A model generated the notes under the pieces. The model was not told where the DNA came from. It worked only from the letters and a program-made list of their open reading frames with translations, and did not search any database. Below, piece after piece: positions 33,004-43,739 of a DNA stretch of 64,000 nucleotides; the first letter of the stretch is position 1; each line of letters begins with the position of its first letter. The DNA comes from a virus. The DNA lies in the IMG/VR virus record IMGVR_UViG_3300047560_002412, positions 32,001 to 96,000 of that record; one strand, written 5' to 3'. Both the position numbers and the translations under genes were made by a program.

Positions 33004-33512
33004 TTGTATCCTAAAAAATGATATAGATAATGGTCTTCAAACCCGCAGTTACTTGATCCATGCCAAGACATAACTTCCGGCCATTCTACTACGGTACCTT
33101 GAGGTACCATATAAAAAGATTCTTTATCAATTAATAAAATTTGTCCATGTGCAGGAGTACCAATATGACAGGTAAATCTTTTTAGGGTTCCTAATTTTAA
33201 ATATTCTTCCATGCTATCATCGATGTCCTGATGCCACGGTGCATTTTTTCCCGGGCGAACTTTACTAATCCATGATCGAACTTCTGTAAGTCCTACTTGT
33301 TTAGAAAACTCATCACTTATATTTTGATCAAAATGTTTACCGGGATAATAATTAATCCATTCAACTTTTTGTGGAGTATATCCAGCTTCGGTCCACATGG
33401 TAATTATTTCATTAAATCTACCATCTGTATTTTGATAAAAAGTTCCACCCATTGATCGAACTTCGCCGTCCTGTGTTTTTATACCGTCTAGCACTTGATT
33501 CCAATTTATCAT
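33000..33512 (-). CDS. 2OG-Fe(II) oxygenase-like protein (paralogue)
   Basis: PG..APWHQD, WHGSSNCG. Confidence 0.78.
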   Translation of the reverse strand: MINWNQVLDGIKTQDGEVRSMGGTFYQNTDGRFNEIITMWTEAGYTPQKVEWINYYPGKHFDQNISDEFSKQVGLTEVRSWISKVRPGKNAPWHQDIDDSMEEYLKLGTLKRFTCHIGTPAHGQILLIDKESFYMVPQGTVVEWPEVMSWHGSSNCGFEDHYLYHFLGYK

Positions 33513-35536
33513 TAGTGTTCCTTTTTATTACCTTGAATTATTTTCTTTGTTTCAAACGTTCTATTTTTAATATATGTACCATCAGCTACCCGTATAGTAT
33601 CCATATTTCGAATCATATTAATATATTGATCGGTCCATTTAATTTTTGTATTTGGAATTGTTTTTAAAAGAATACTTCCTTCGATAGGTGGATCTTCTTT
33701 AGATTTTCTTTCCTCATATAAATCCCAACGATATTTTGTTTCCCACTCGACTTCCTCTGCTGGGTCTTCTCTAAAAGTACTATTCTCAACATAAGTTAAT
33801 AAATCGTCTAAGGGTTCATCTATATGTTCTGCTAATTGTTCTCTCAGACTTTTAAATATTTCTTTTCTGGATGAAACCCAACAATATATCAAACCTTCAT
33901 TAATAGAAAAATCACCTCTCACAGGACCAACATTAAACTCTCGCCAAGGTAAATTTTCTCGAGTACCATTAATAATGCTCTCCATATAACCATTTACTGG
34001 AGTTTTAAATTTTTCACAATTCCACATTGCTGTGTGAATTATTTTATATGAATATCGAGGTAGTATACCTTTCTGATAATTTAAATAATCAACTAACGGT
34101 TTAACAAGAAGATTATTAATTAATGGAATTTTCATATCGTTCATTAAGAACATTTCTTTCCACTCTTCTTCTGTGTACGAATAACACGAAACCGGTATGT
34201 ACATAGCATATTGTTTTTTAGGAAATTGTTTTTTAAAATTTACTATGTACTTTGAATCACTATATTGCTTAAGAAGATCCATAGTTTCCATATTAATACC
34301 CGCAAGTTTCATTTGAAATTTTTCAAGATATGCAGGGTCTGCTATAGGAGCATCTGGAAGAACATATAATGGTACATGGTGTGACACGGTTTTAATTTTA
34401 TTAAACACCGCATCTTCAATTTCCATTTCTTCATAAAATACAGGAATGGTGCTTCCTGGTAAACCAATAATTAATTCAATTAATGTTTCAGCATCGTACT
34501 TTTCAATAAAATATTTTGCCAACTCAACATTTTCTTCTGCAGGAATATCAAAACGTTCTACATTTTTTAATACTTGAGGATCTATACTCTGTAAACTTAC
34601 TTGATAAAATTGTAATACTCCGGATTCAAATAATGGTTCTAATACCGCTTTTTTCTTTTCGACACTAGATTTAGCCAAGCCCATGATCCCAACAAATTTA
34701 ACATGTTCTTTCATTGCTGCTATCATGTGTGCTATCTCAACATCTTGTTTTAATATTCCATAATTTGCATCTGTTATGAATACTGATCCTACGCCTAAAT
34801 CTTTAAAATATGAAAAGTCATTTCTAATATTTTCTAAATCTTTGACAATAACTTTTGTTGATGTTCCTCCACCCCATTCACAATACGAACAACTATAAGG
34901 ACATCCTCTATTTGTTTCATACAATGTAACTAAAACTCTATCATGTGATTTAGCATATTCTGACCATGCGTAACAAATGTCTAAATTCTTTTCAATCAAT
35001 CCCCACGGATAGCTAAAATCTTTTTTATTTCCTAACGGACCTTTTCCTTTTCTATGGTAACTATTCCTAACGTTATTCCAATTTAAATCACCTTCAATTA
35101 CACTATCTAACATATCAGTAATAAAAAATTCACCATATTCTACTGCTTGACAGGTTGCATCAAAATACGGATGATCCTTAAACCAAAAAATTGGATCTGT
35201 ATAAGTAGTTCCTTGATTTGGGCCGCCTAGAACAATCAACGCATTTGGATGTGCTTCTCTAACGGCAAGAGCAATTATTTTAATAATATCCCAACTCCAC
35301 ATATAACTGCTAAACATGTATACGTCTGCGTTGGCATTAATGGCTTCTTCAACTACATCATCTAACGTTTGACCAGTGTAATCCATCACGGGAGGAATCC
35401 ATTCCCACTTATCAGAATGTTTTCCGTGGTCTTCGTAATATCTTTTAAATTCTAACCAAACAAGAGGTAAGAAAAGATAGATGTGCTGCTGAACATCCCA
35501 TCTAAAGAACCATATTTTTTTCTTAGACTCTGTCAT
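33512..35536 (-). CDS. B12-binding-domain radical SAM enzyme
   Basis: SSYMWS, IVLGGP, YGE, ETNRGCPYSCSYCEW, DANYG, ELIIGLPG. Confidence 0.9.
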   Translation of the reverse strand: MTESKKKIWFFRWDVQQHIYLFLPLVWLEFKRYYEDHGKHSDKWEWIPPVMDYTGQTLDDVVEEAINANADVYMFSSYMWSWDIIKIIALAVREAHPNALIVLGGPNQGTTYTDPIFWFKDHPYFDATCQAVEYGEFFITDMLDSVIEGDLNWNNVRNSYHRKGKGPLGNKKDFSYPWGLIEKNLDICYAWSEYAKSHDRVLVTLYETNRGCPYSCSYCEWGGGTSTKVIVKDLENIRNDFSYFKDLGVGSVFITDANYGILKQDVEIAHMIAAMKEHVKFVGIMGLAKSSVEKKKAVLEPLFESGVLQFYQVSLQSIDPQVLKNVERFDIPAEENVELAKYFIEKYDAETLIELIIGLPGSTIPVFYEEMEIEDAVFNKIKTVSHHVPLYVLPDAPIADPAYLEKFQMKLAGINMETMDLLKQYSDSKYIVNFKKQFPKKQYAMYIPVSCYSYTEEEWKEMFLMNDMKIPLINNLLVKPLVDYLNYQKGILPRYSYKIIHTAMWNCEKFKTPVNGYMESIINGTRENLPWREFNVGPVRGDFSINEGLIYCWVSSRKEIFKSLREQLAEHIDEPLDDLLTYVENSTFREDPAEEVEWETKYRWDLYEERKSKEDPPIEGSILLKTIPNTKIKWTDQYINMIRNMDTIRVADGTYIKNRTFETKKIIQGNKKEH

Positions 35537-36188
35537 AAATTTTATTATAAATTTTTTCTAAATTTTCCGGCCATTTGCTATAAGTTAATAATCCAGATTT
35601 AAAAATAGTTTCGATATTTAACATACCGTTTTCTTGTGCCTTTGTAAATCTATCAGTATCTAACCCAATCAATCCTAATAATTGGTTATAATCGAGATAC
35701 GGATAATCTCTTTCAATTGTAGCATAAAAATCTATTGTTCTCATATTTCCATTATCATCGTAATAATGACTATGCGGATATATTGTTGCTTTTAAATAAC
35801 CTAAGCTGAACTGATCAAGAATTATATTTTCTAAATTTGAATACCAATTAATATTAAGATCGTGGTCTCTATAAACAGAATCATTGCAGGTTTTACCATA
35901 CCATTTAATAAAAATTTTCTTATCTATTATATCAATAACTTCTGGTGCGTATGGACGATCTTTAAATATTTCTAAATATTTTATTTCTCGATTAAAGGCA
36001 AATTCAACATGGTCAGCTGTATAAGAAAGACGTTGTTGATTGAGTTGATAATCACACGGAAAACAAAAATTCATACAGAAAACATCACCTTGAGGACTTA
36101 CTCTCGGTTCATAACACATTTGGGTAGTTGTAGGACGAAGTTCTGTTTCGTGTGTCTTGTAATAAAGATTCCAATCTTCAATGTTCAT
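35523..36188 (-). CDS. kinase-like protein (paralogue of 29297-29983)
   Basis: FNREIKYL...PYAPE; GYLK...YPHS...IDFY. Confidence 0.6.
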   Translation of the reverse strand: MNIEDWNLYYKTHETELRPTTTQMCYEPRVSPQGDVFCMNFCFPCDYQLNQQRLSYTADHVEFAFNREIKYLEIFKDRPYAPEVIDIIDKKIFIKWYGKTCNDSVYRDHDLNINWYSNLENIILDQFSLGYLKATIYPHSHYYDDNGNMRTIDFYATIERDYPYLDYNQLLGLIGLDTDRFTKAQENGMLNIETIFKSGLLTYSKWPENLEKIYNKIYDRV

Positions 36189-36240
36189 CTTTGTTCTCGC
36201 ATAGGATATTTATAGGCTAATTAATAGCATAGAACAAGTC

Positions 36241-37632
36241 ATGAAAGATAAAATACAAACATATATTAAAATAGTAGAAGAAAAAACAGGCTCTCCTACT
36301 TTTTGTGCATTACCATGGATACACTTAGCTACTCGCCCAAACGGCGATGCTCGACTATGTTGTGTTACAAATGCATCCGGTGCTCGCACAGGAGACCACG
36401 AAGTTGGGCTAGTTAAAAAAGAAAACGGACAACCTGCAAACTTTGGTAAAGATACTCTATTATCTGCATTCAATAACGAATACATGAAAAGTGTTCGTAA
36501 AACTATGATAGAGGGAAAAATTCCTGCTAGTTGTACCAAATGTTTTGAAGAAGAAAATAACGGAGTTGTTAGCAAACGTCTTTGGGAATTATATGAGTGG
36601 AATCGAGACGGGTTGGATTTTCAACAATTAATTAAAGATACTTCCGAAGACGGATCAGTACCTCCGATTATTAGATACATGGATCTTAGACTAGGACACA
36701 CTTGTAATTTAAAATGTGTTATGTGCAGTCCACATGATAGTAGTCGCTGGTTACAGGACTATGATAAAGTCATGGATGGATTAAAAAGTAAGGTTGTTAA
36801 ATTTCAATTAAATTTTGAAAAAACAGAATTCAATAATACATGGTATGAAAAGCCGGAATTCTGGGAAGAAGTGTTTGAACAAATCCCTAATATTACACAA
36901 CTTTATTTTGCGGGCGGAGAACCCTTAATGATTAAGGAACATCGAAGGTTCCTTGATGAGATTATTAAACGCGGCTACGCTAAAAACATTAGTCTACGTT
37001 ATAACAGCAATGGTATATTTGTTAATGAAGATATAATTAATGTCTGGAGTCAATTCAAACAGGTTCGATATGCATTCAGTATAGACGCCTACGGTGATCG
37101 AAATCATTATATTAGATTTCCTGCAGATTGGAGTGATATAGAACGTAGTTTAAGATTAATGGATGATGCTCCAGATCACATACATTGCGCCATTGCCTGT
37201 GCTGTACAAGCATTAAACATCAAACATATTGTTGACTTTGCTAAATGGAAATTGAGTCAAGGGTTTAAAAAGATTAATAAGTTTACACTAGACGAATATC
37301 AAACAGGCGGCGGAATTATTAATCTTCATTTGTTATACATTCCTACTTTCCTAAGTGCTAGAATTTTACCTAAAGAAGATAAAGAGCAAGTTAGAAAACA
37401 ATTTGAAGATTTTAAACAATGGCTATGGGAAAATTATACTCAAGATGATAATTTTTGGAATACTAATCCCTATGGATGGAAGAGATGGGAAGCTATTTTA
37501 AAATTTGTAGAAGCAGAGGATCATACACATCTGCTCCCCGATTTTATAGATTATATCAATAACCTAGACCAAGTGCGAAACACTAAATTTTCTATTATTT
37601 TTCCTGAGCTCTCGCATTTATTTGTCGAATAA
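36241..37632 (+). CDS. radical SAM enzyme with N-terminal Twitch/SPASM-like domain
   Basis: FCALPW...LCC...C..C; CNLKCVMC; FAGGEP. Confidence 0.9.
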   Translation: MKDKIQTYIKIVEEKTGSPTFCALPWIHLATRPNGDARLCCVTNASGARTGDHEVGLVKKENGQPANFGKDTLLSAFNNEYMKSVRKTMIEGKIPASCTKCFEEENNGVVSKRLWELYEWNRDGLDFQQLIKDTSEDGSVPPIIRYMDLRLGHTCNLKCVMCSPHDSSRWLQDYDKVMDGLKSKVVKFQLNFEKTEFNNTWYEKPEFWEEVFEQIPNITQLYFAGGEPLMIKEHRRFLDEIIKRGYAKNISLRYNSNGIFVNEDIINVWSQFKQVRYAFSIDAYGDRNHYIRFPADWSDIERSLRLMDDAPDHIHCAIACAVQALNIKHIVDFAKWKLSQGFKKINKFTLDEYQTGGGIINLHLLYIPTFLSARILPKEDKEQVRKQFEDFKQWLWENYTQDDNFWNTNPYGWKRWEAILKFVEAEDHTHLLPDFIDYINNLDQVRNTKFSIIFPELSHLFVE

Positions 37633-38356
37633 TTTCATCAGCAAATTTTCTATGCCAACTAATTGATGGACTTACTCCGTCTCTAGCAATATCTGTTTGA
37701 TCATCAATAGCGTTGCAATACATTTGCCATGGAACGGTAAAGGTATCAATGTTATGCATCTGACAAACTAATTCCACCATATGTTTATTTTTATCTCTGT
37801 TGTACTTACAACTGGTATTGTCTATGCCCATAAAGTAACCTTTATATGGCGGATCAGAATATGCTGTAACACTTTCGTGAAAGTTATCTAAAAATACTTC
37901 GCGCCTTACATCTTGTGGCCACATAATAATAGCACTAAGTTTTTTACATCTAGGTAAAAAATAAGGTATTGTACAGGCTACCATTCTTGCAATAGTATCA
38001 GGAGATGCTTTGGCAATGGCTAAATTTAAAATTCTAACATTTGGTATTTCTCTTTCAACTACTCTAAGAAAAACATCATCCTCGGGTATGGCAACACCTG
38101 CTGTAGAACTATGTCCGAATCCTAAAAACAATTCATCGTACTGATGATACGAGTCTTCAAATTCTTTTTCTCTATAACCTAGACTATTGATCACATACTC
38201 AACATCGTCCGTATTATATTTTGCATTTTCGGGTTTATCGGGACTCTGTGGAAACAGATCATTCCCCCATTTAAAACTAGATCCTGCTACCTTTTTCATA
38301 GGACTTGCTGCTACCCATGATGGCGGAATGTGTGGATAGAAATATTTGTTAGACAT
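37595..38356 (-). CDS. SGNH-hydrolase-like protein
   Basis: NSLGYR, GHSSTAG, NLA....S, ARDG.SP. Confidence 0.6.
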   Translation of the reverse strand: MSNKYFYPHIPPSWVAASPMKKVAGSSFKWGNDLFPQSPDKPENAKYNTDDVEYVINSLGYREKEFEDSYHQYDELFLGFGHSSTAGVAIPEDDVFLRVVEREIPNVRILNLAIAKASPDTIARMVACTIPYFLPRCKKLSAIIMWPQDVRREVFLDNFHESVTAYSDPPYKGYFMGIDNTSCKYNRDKNKHMVELVCQMHNIDTFTVPWQMYCNAIDDQTDIARDGVSPSISWHRKFADEIIRQINARAQEK

Positions 38357-39245
38357 GTTTTTCCTTTGTTAAAGGTATGTCGGCAGCACAGGTACAATAA
38401 TCACGAGTACATATAACGGGATCGTTGGGAACAACAAACGTACCGTGGTATATGTTGCCCAAGCTACCTCCTACTCTACAAGTAGCACGATGTACTTCTC
38501 CGTCCCAATTAATCATTAGGCTTTCGATACCTGCGCTGCACGACCATCCTTTAAATTGATTCATATGTTTCTTGATAACATCATTAGCATGTATTATTTG
38601 ACTATCATCTATTCTACAATTTGGTTTTGCTGTAGCATCTTGTTTTAAAATCCATTCAAGGTCTTTACCGTCATACTTTAGATCATCAAATACATTGTGG
38701 TCTCCTTCAGTCCAACGTATTCTGCGTACAGCAAATTTAATACCAATGTCGCTAAATGCTTTAACAACATTTCTGACATGATCCATTTTATTATGATGTG
38801 CCATTATATTAACAAAAAATTCACGTTCTGTAGAATCGTAATATTTTAGAATCGTATCAACTATTCTGGTCCATTCATGTTCAAAGTGTAAACTAAAAAC
38901 AATGTGATTCCAAAACATTTCGTTTTGTAAATACCATTGATAACCGCGTGTACCGTTGGTTGTTACATTTACCCAAAAGATGTTTTTACGTTTTAGATAT
39001 TCTAAAAAATCTTCAATATCTGGATGCACACAGGGTTCGCCGCCAGTGAGACTAATACGCAAAGGTTTACCCAATTCGCATAACTTATCAACGGTTGCTT
39101 CTAAAATGTTTATATCTGTATGAGGGCTAAAGTTGTCATGAATAGCCGACGGGCAATACGAACAATCGTAATTGCATCTTTTACCAAGATTCCATTCTAT
39201 TTTAATTTGATCCTGATGTGGCCAGGCCGAGGTTATTTTTTGCAT
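38349..39245 (-). CDS. radical SAM enzyme with C-terminal Cys cluster
   Basis: CNYDCSYC; TGGEP; GW.C.AG; C....C.C.AD. Confidence 0.9.
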   Translation of the reverse strand: MQKITSAWPHQDQIKIEWNLGKRCNYDCSYCPSAIHDNFSPHTDINILEATVDKLCELGKPLRISLTGGEPCVHPDIEDFLEYLKRKNIFWVNVTTNGTRGYQWYLQNEMFWNHIVFSLHFEHEWTRIVDTILKYYDSTEREFFVNIMAHHNKMDHVRNVVKAFSDIGIKFAVRRIRWTEGDHNVFDDLKYDGKDLEWILKQDATAKPNCRIDDSQIIHANDVIKKHMNQFKGWSCSAGIESLMINWDGEVHRATCRVGGSLGNIYHGTFVVPNDPVICTRDYCTCAADIPLTKEKHV

Positions 39246-39276
39246 ATATAATTAATTATCGTTATAAGATATCCCC

Positions 39277-40206
39277 ATGAAAAAATTAATCAAAATACAA
39301 CCAGTCAATACAAATAATTTAAGAATTGACTACATCATGACAACTCAATGTCCTTATAGTTGTCGTTATTGTACACCTACGCTCTATGCAGGTAAACATA
39401 AAAAAATCAATGCAGAAACTATTAGTTTATTTTTGGATAAATTTAAAGATCGAAAGGTTATTATGAATTTAACTGGCGGTGAGTGTACAACTCATCCTCA
39501 GTTTGAAGAAATTATTAAAATGCTCTACGATAAAAAAATTAACACCATTGTTGATACTAACGGAATTAGAACAAAACGTTGGTGGAAAGAGTATGCTCAC
39601 ATGGTAGCCAATTGGTGCATAAGTTTACATCCTAGTCAACTAGAAGAACTAGACATAGAAAAAATTAAAATTGCTGCCGAAGCATCGTTTGTAGTTGTTT
39701 ATGTATTAATGGATCCTCTATACCTAGATAAAGCACTTGACTGGTATGACCAACTGAGCAAGGTAGAAAATATTAGACTTAATGCTTTTAGAGTTTTAGG
39801 AGTAGATTATACCGAAGAACAAGAAGAAATTTTAAAAAGCATGGAAGGGAAATGGAATTTCACTCCTGAAAGACAGGCGGAATTAGAAAAAACACATAGC
39901 TGGATGATGGATATGGGAAGTATGGGAAAATATGATGACGGTACAGAATCATTAATTGACTTCGCAGAAATACTCAGAAACGATCAACACAATTTTAAAG
40001 GATGGCTATGTAAGGCAGGAAACGAATCTATTGGAATATACGATGACGGTACAGCTATGTGGGCAAGGTGTCGTGTAAGGAAATATGATAACTTCATGGA
40101 CCTTGATCCAGAAGAATTAAAAATTCCAATGATCTGTCCGTTAGATAGATGTAATTGTGGTACAGATATTCGTATGTCTAAACAAAGCCCAGACTACATA
40201 GAATAA
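39277..40206 (+). CDS. radical SAM enzyme (paralogue of 38349-39245)
   Basis: CPYSCRYC; TGGE; GW.C.AG; C....C.C.TD. Confidence 0.9.
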   Translation: MKKLIKIQPVNTNNLRIDYIMTTQCPYSCRYCTPTLYAGKHKKINAETISLFLDKFKDRKVIMNLTGGECTTHPQFEEIIKMLYDKKINTIVDTNGIRTKRWWKEYAHMVANWCISLHPSQLEELDIEKIKIAAEASFVVVYVLMDPLYLDKALDWYDQLSKVENIRLNAFRVLGVDYTEEQEEILKSMEGKWNFTPERQAELEKTHSWMMDMGSMGKYDDGTESLIDFAEILRNDQHNFKGWLCKAGNESIGIYDDGTAMWARCRVRKYDNFMDLDPEELKIPMICPLDRCNCGTDIRMSKQSPDYIE

Positions 40207-41469
40207 TCAAATATATTTTTTAAATTCGGGAGTCACATCTGTAAAAGATTGATTCCTTGTTTCATCTAATCGTTGATTAAATTCTATACAATCTTTCCAA
40301 GAATGGCTTTCATCTTTGGCTATTAGGAAATTTTGAACACCTTCAATTTGTTTAATAGTAAGGTCTAATAACATTGGATGTTGTTTAACTAGTTTATAAT
40401 TGAGTATTTTACTTTTTACTGCTTCTAATCTATGATATGCAAGAGTTTTTAATTCAGCCGGCAATACTTGGATAGATAATACATCTGGATATTTTACCAT
40501 ATTGGTATAAAATACAATTCCTAAATCATTTAAAAAATATTCTATCATTTTATCTAAAATTAACACGTTGCTAACCTGCACAGCAACAGCCCCAACGATG
40601 CGACTAATATTAGGAATAGTTTGTATTTGTTTTATATTATCGATCAGTGTGTTCCAATTGGCATTACCTCTAACATATTCATAACTAGGTCCTATACCGT
40701 CAATACTTACATTTACAGCAACAGATTTAAACTTAGGCCAGTATTCCCAAATAGTTCTATTACCCTTGCCTAACATACTCAAGTTTGTTGCGTACTTAAT
40801 TTCAATCTGATGACCATATGGTGCAAGCATATCTAATATGCGATAATGCTGAGGATCCATTAAAGGTTCGCCACCAGCAAACTCTACACGTCTAAAGTGT
40901 GGCAAGTTCTTTTCTAAACTAGCCCACCAATTTGGATTATCTTCAAACTTGTCTAATAAAGGTTTGCGCTCTAGATTGTGATCCTCTACTAAATCAAAAA
41001 TAACCTTTCCTGTATCTTTGTAATACTTTTTTATTACATTCCAATCGTTCCAACTTGTGCTATCTCCTGGGTGACACATGCGGCACTTAAGATTACACAA
41101 ATTGTTTAATTTTAGTTCCATTGTAGGTATTTCAAAGGGCATTGTATAATCGTCATTTAAGCGTTTTAAGGCATTGGGGTACAAGTTGACCCTAGCTTCA
41201 GGAATTACACCGCTTATATGACGTTGTCGCAAGGATTCGACGCCCTGATCTTCTAGGCTAAAACACGGTTCGCATTCTGGAGGACGTATGTTAGTAAGTA
41301 CTGACTTACGAATCCGTTTCATTTCGTCATTATTCCAAACTTCTTCCAAAGTCTGTTTTTGAATAAAACCTATTGGATGACTTCTACAACATACTTGAAT
41401 AGCTCCATCCTCTCTGGTAGCAAGGCCAGTAAATGGATGCATACAAAATGTTTTACTTGTTTCGTTCAA
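40207..41469 (-). CDS. radical SAM enzyme with Twitch-like N-terminus (start uncertain)
   Basis: FCMHPF...VCC...C..C; CNLKCRMC; FAGGEP. Confidence 0.88.
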   Translation of the reverse strand: MNETSKTFCMHPFTGLATREDGAIQVCCRSHPIGFIQKQTLEEVWNNDEMKRIRKSVLTNIRPPECEPCFSLEDQGVESLRQRHISGVIPEARVNLYPNALKRLNDDYTMPFEIPTMELKLNNLCNLKCRMCHPGDSTSWNDWNVIKKYYKDTGKVIFDLVEDHNLERKPLLDKFEDNPNWWASLEKNLPHFRRVEFAGGEPLMDPQHYRILDMLAPYGHQIEIKYATNLSMLGKGNRTIWEYWPKFKSVAVNVSIDGIGPSYEYVRGNANWNTLIDNIKQIQTIPNISRIVGAVAVQVSNVLILDKMIEYFLNDLGIVFYTNMVKYPDVLSIQVLPAELKTLAYHRLEAVKSKILNYKLVKQHPMLLDLTIKQIEGVQNFLIAKDESHSWKDCIEFNQRLDETRNQSFTDVTPEFKKYI

Positions 41470-42187
41470 TTGCCCAGGCCCTTTCTTTACACCAGAAACA
41501 TTCTCCGCAGGTTGGAATTGTCTGTCCTGGTGTATATGTTGTATAGTCGATACCGTCAAACTCTCCCTCACAGCTTCGTGTAATGTTTAACAGGTCTTCA
41601 AGATCTAATCTTTTGTATTGTTTAATAACCCAATCCTTCTCTACGAAACGGAAAGGATGTACGGCCCAACGCCCCATATGCTGCATCAGAACCAAATGTT
41701 TATTATTCTCAGTGGGCTCAATATCACGTTCATGCATTCCGTTAAATTGTGCAAGTCTTGGATTATGAGTTACCGCATTATAGTATGCAGGTATATTATG
41801 TTTATGACAAATAAATTCAGCGTAAGCACGTTGTTGAATATTGTCGCCACTTACGTTCTTGCCATACTCATCTGTTAAAGTTGGTCCTATGTTTCCGTAT
41901 TCTATTTCAGGTGCTATAAAATTAGTGTGACGAATAAACTTCTTATGATAGTGTCGTTGAAACAACCAGTTATAAACTCTATCAGCATCGTGTTGTTGCC
42001 ATGGGCGTGTTTTCCACATACGCACATGATTGATAATGTGGATGGTAACATTGTCATCGGCATATGAACATAACAAGTGTGCTAGTAATGCAGAGTCTGC
42101 ACCGCCGCTTACACTAATAGCAATGCTTGGCCATTTAAAATCAAATGGCAATTCGACGTTGTCTACATTTAATGTATCAAGCTGCAT
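41453..42187 (-). CDS. PP-loop ATPase, QueC-like
   Basis: SVSGGADS; TRSC...CGECFWC.ER. Confidence 0.8.
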   Translation of the reverse strand: MQLDTLNVDNVELPFDFKWPSIAISVSGGADSALLAHLLCSYADDNVTIHIINHVRMWKTRPWQQHDADRVYNWLFQRHYHKKFIRHTNFIAPEIEYGNIGPTLTDEYGKNVSGDNIQQRAYAEFICHKHNIPAYYNAVTHNPRLAQFNGMHERDIEPTENNKHLVLMQHMGRWAVHPFRFVEKDWVIKQYKRLDLEDLLNITRSCEGEFDGIDYTTYTPGQTIPTCGECFWCKERAWAIERNK

Positions 42188-43031
42188 TTTCTAAATACCT
42201 TATTAATGGACTAACTCCCACAGGTTGATTATTTTTTAAAGCCAGATAAATTGAATTAGTTTGTGTTAAATTAAAATCTTTACACACTTTATAATATTTG
42301 TCTCCGTGCGTATTCCACAAATAATCTGATTCTAAATTGCGAACAAAATGCAAACCTATCATAGCTAAAGCACGATTGTTCATATGAAAATCATTCATAA
42401 TACTAACACTATCTGCTTTATCATCTCTAGACCATCTTAAACCTATTCTGTTCCACCCTAAACCAAGACCTTTACTAAGGCTGATGCCAACGGATCTAAT
42501 AACTTCATTACTAAAATCAAAATTAATATCGCGGCAGCAACTGATCCAAGCACCGTCAATATGTACTTCAATGTTCTTAATTTTGCATTCATGCAAAACT
42601 TCCTCCATGTCTTGATGTGGTGCACCAACGCTAGGAAACGGCATTGCTATAATTAAAGGAATATCTGGAATTAGCGAGCCCACATCTTTAACATACGCTA
42701 ATCCTAATCTTTCGTGGTATCTGTAATCTCCACGAAGTACTTGTACCGGACCTTTCATATATTGATTGTCTATAAATTGTGTACAACCAATGATAATATT
42801 TTTGTAATTAAATGCATCTAAACCTATTAATGTGTTTAGTCTAGATTTAAGCAACCAATTTTCACATTCGGTTTTAAAATTTTCATAGACTTTATCAGTA
42901 ATGTCTTTTTCCAATTTACCATTCAATACTTCTGTGATTAAATTTTCAATTTTATTATCCGACAGAGGTTGCGGTCTTTCAACTTCTAACCATTTTTCAT
43001 CATATGTTGGTGCTATTTTTATTCTGTCCAC
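42177..43031 (-). CDS. PLP-dependent fold-type-I enzyme-like
   Basis: VHIDGAW, SLSKG...RIG. Confidence 0.7.
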   Translation of the reverse strand: MDRIKIAPTYDEKWLEVERPQPLSDNKIENLITEVLNGKLEKDITDKVYENFKTECENWLLKSRLNTLIGLDAFNYKNIIIGCTQFIDNQYMKGPVQVLRGDYRYHERLGLAYVKDVGSLIPDIPLIIAMPFPSVGAPHQDMEEVLHECKIKNIEVHIDGAWISCCRDINFDFSNEVIRSVGISLSKGLGLGWNRIGLRWSRDDKADSVSIMNDFHMNNRALAMIGLHFVRNLESDYLWNTHGDKYYKVCKDFNLTQTNSIYLALKNNQPVGVSPLIRYLENAA

Positions 43032-43070
43032 AAGATATTTAACCTAGTAATAGTAGCACATAAATATTTC

Positions 43071-43739
43071 ATGCTGACTAAAACGAATATTAAATTAGAC
43101 ATTGCCCCAATTATAGAACAAGTTTCTTCATTAGATTTTGAAAAAAGTCTAACCCTAAACTATACAACTGGCAAACTCCTCAACGGTCCTTATACAACCA
43201 AACCAGAGTATGTAGGAACCCCATTAGGTGATGCATTAGAATCGATTGGAAATTTAGGAGAAGCACGATTACTCAAATTAAATTCTGCAGAGTCTTATAC
43301 CGCTCATGCAGATCCCGATGATCGCATTCATGTGGCCATAACAACTAATCCTCATTCGTATCTAATTAACTTAACTGATAATCAACTTTATCATTTACCG
43401 GTAAATGGAGAAGTATGGCATATGGATACTAGTAAAATGCATGTGGCAGCAAACTTTGGGGCAAGGCCTCGAATACATTTAAACATCAGGGTAGCATTAC
43501 CTAAATTTAAAGCGCCAGGATATTCTTTAAAAATTGAAGGTGGAGACTATGATTGGAAACAAGAGTCCTATACTACTCTAATGGCGTTCTTCAATCGAGC
43601 TATTAAATCAAATTATATAACTGGTTTTGAAAAAGTTAACGAAAAAGAAGTATTATTAAATTGTAATCCGCCTATCCTCGATGCTAAAATTAATGAATTG
43701 AAAGATAAAGGTTTTGTAGTATCTCTTACTCCAGTATGA
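43071..43739 (+). CDS. aspartyl/asparaginyl beta-hydroxylase-like oxygenase
   Basis: ARL..L....Y.AHAD..DR.H..I.TN; MDT...H.A.N.G...R.H. Confidence 0.75.
   Translation: MLTKTNIKLDIAPIIEQVSSLDFEKSLTLNYTTGKLLNGPYTTKPEYVGTPLGDALESIGNLGEARLLKLNSAESYTAHADPDDRIHVAITTNPHSYLINLTDNQLYHLPVNGEVWHMDTSKMHVAANFGARPRIHLNIRVALPKFKAPGYSLKIEGGDYDWKQESYTTLMAFFNRAIKSNYITGFEKVNEKEVLLNCNPPILDAKINELKDKGFVVSLTPV

Noticed and set aside
41453-42187. Definite queC of a 7-deazaguanine DNA-modification pathway
   Set aside because: PP-loop and Cys motifs are present but the protein is divergent and far from queD, and no folE, queE or dpdA was recognised in this window; left as QueC-like
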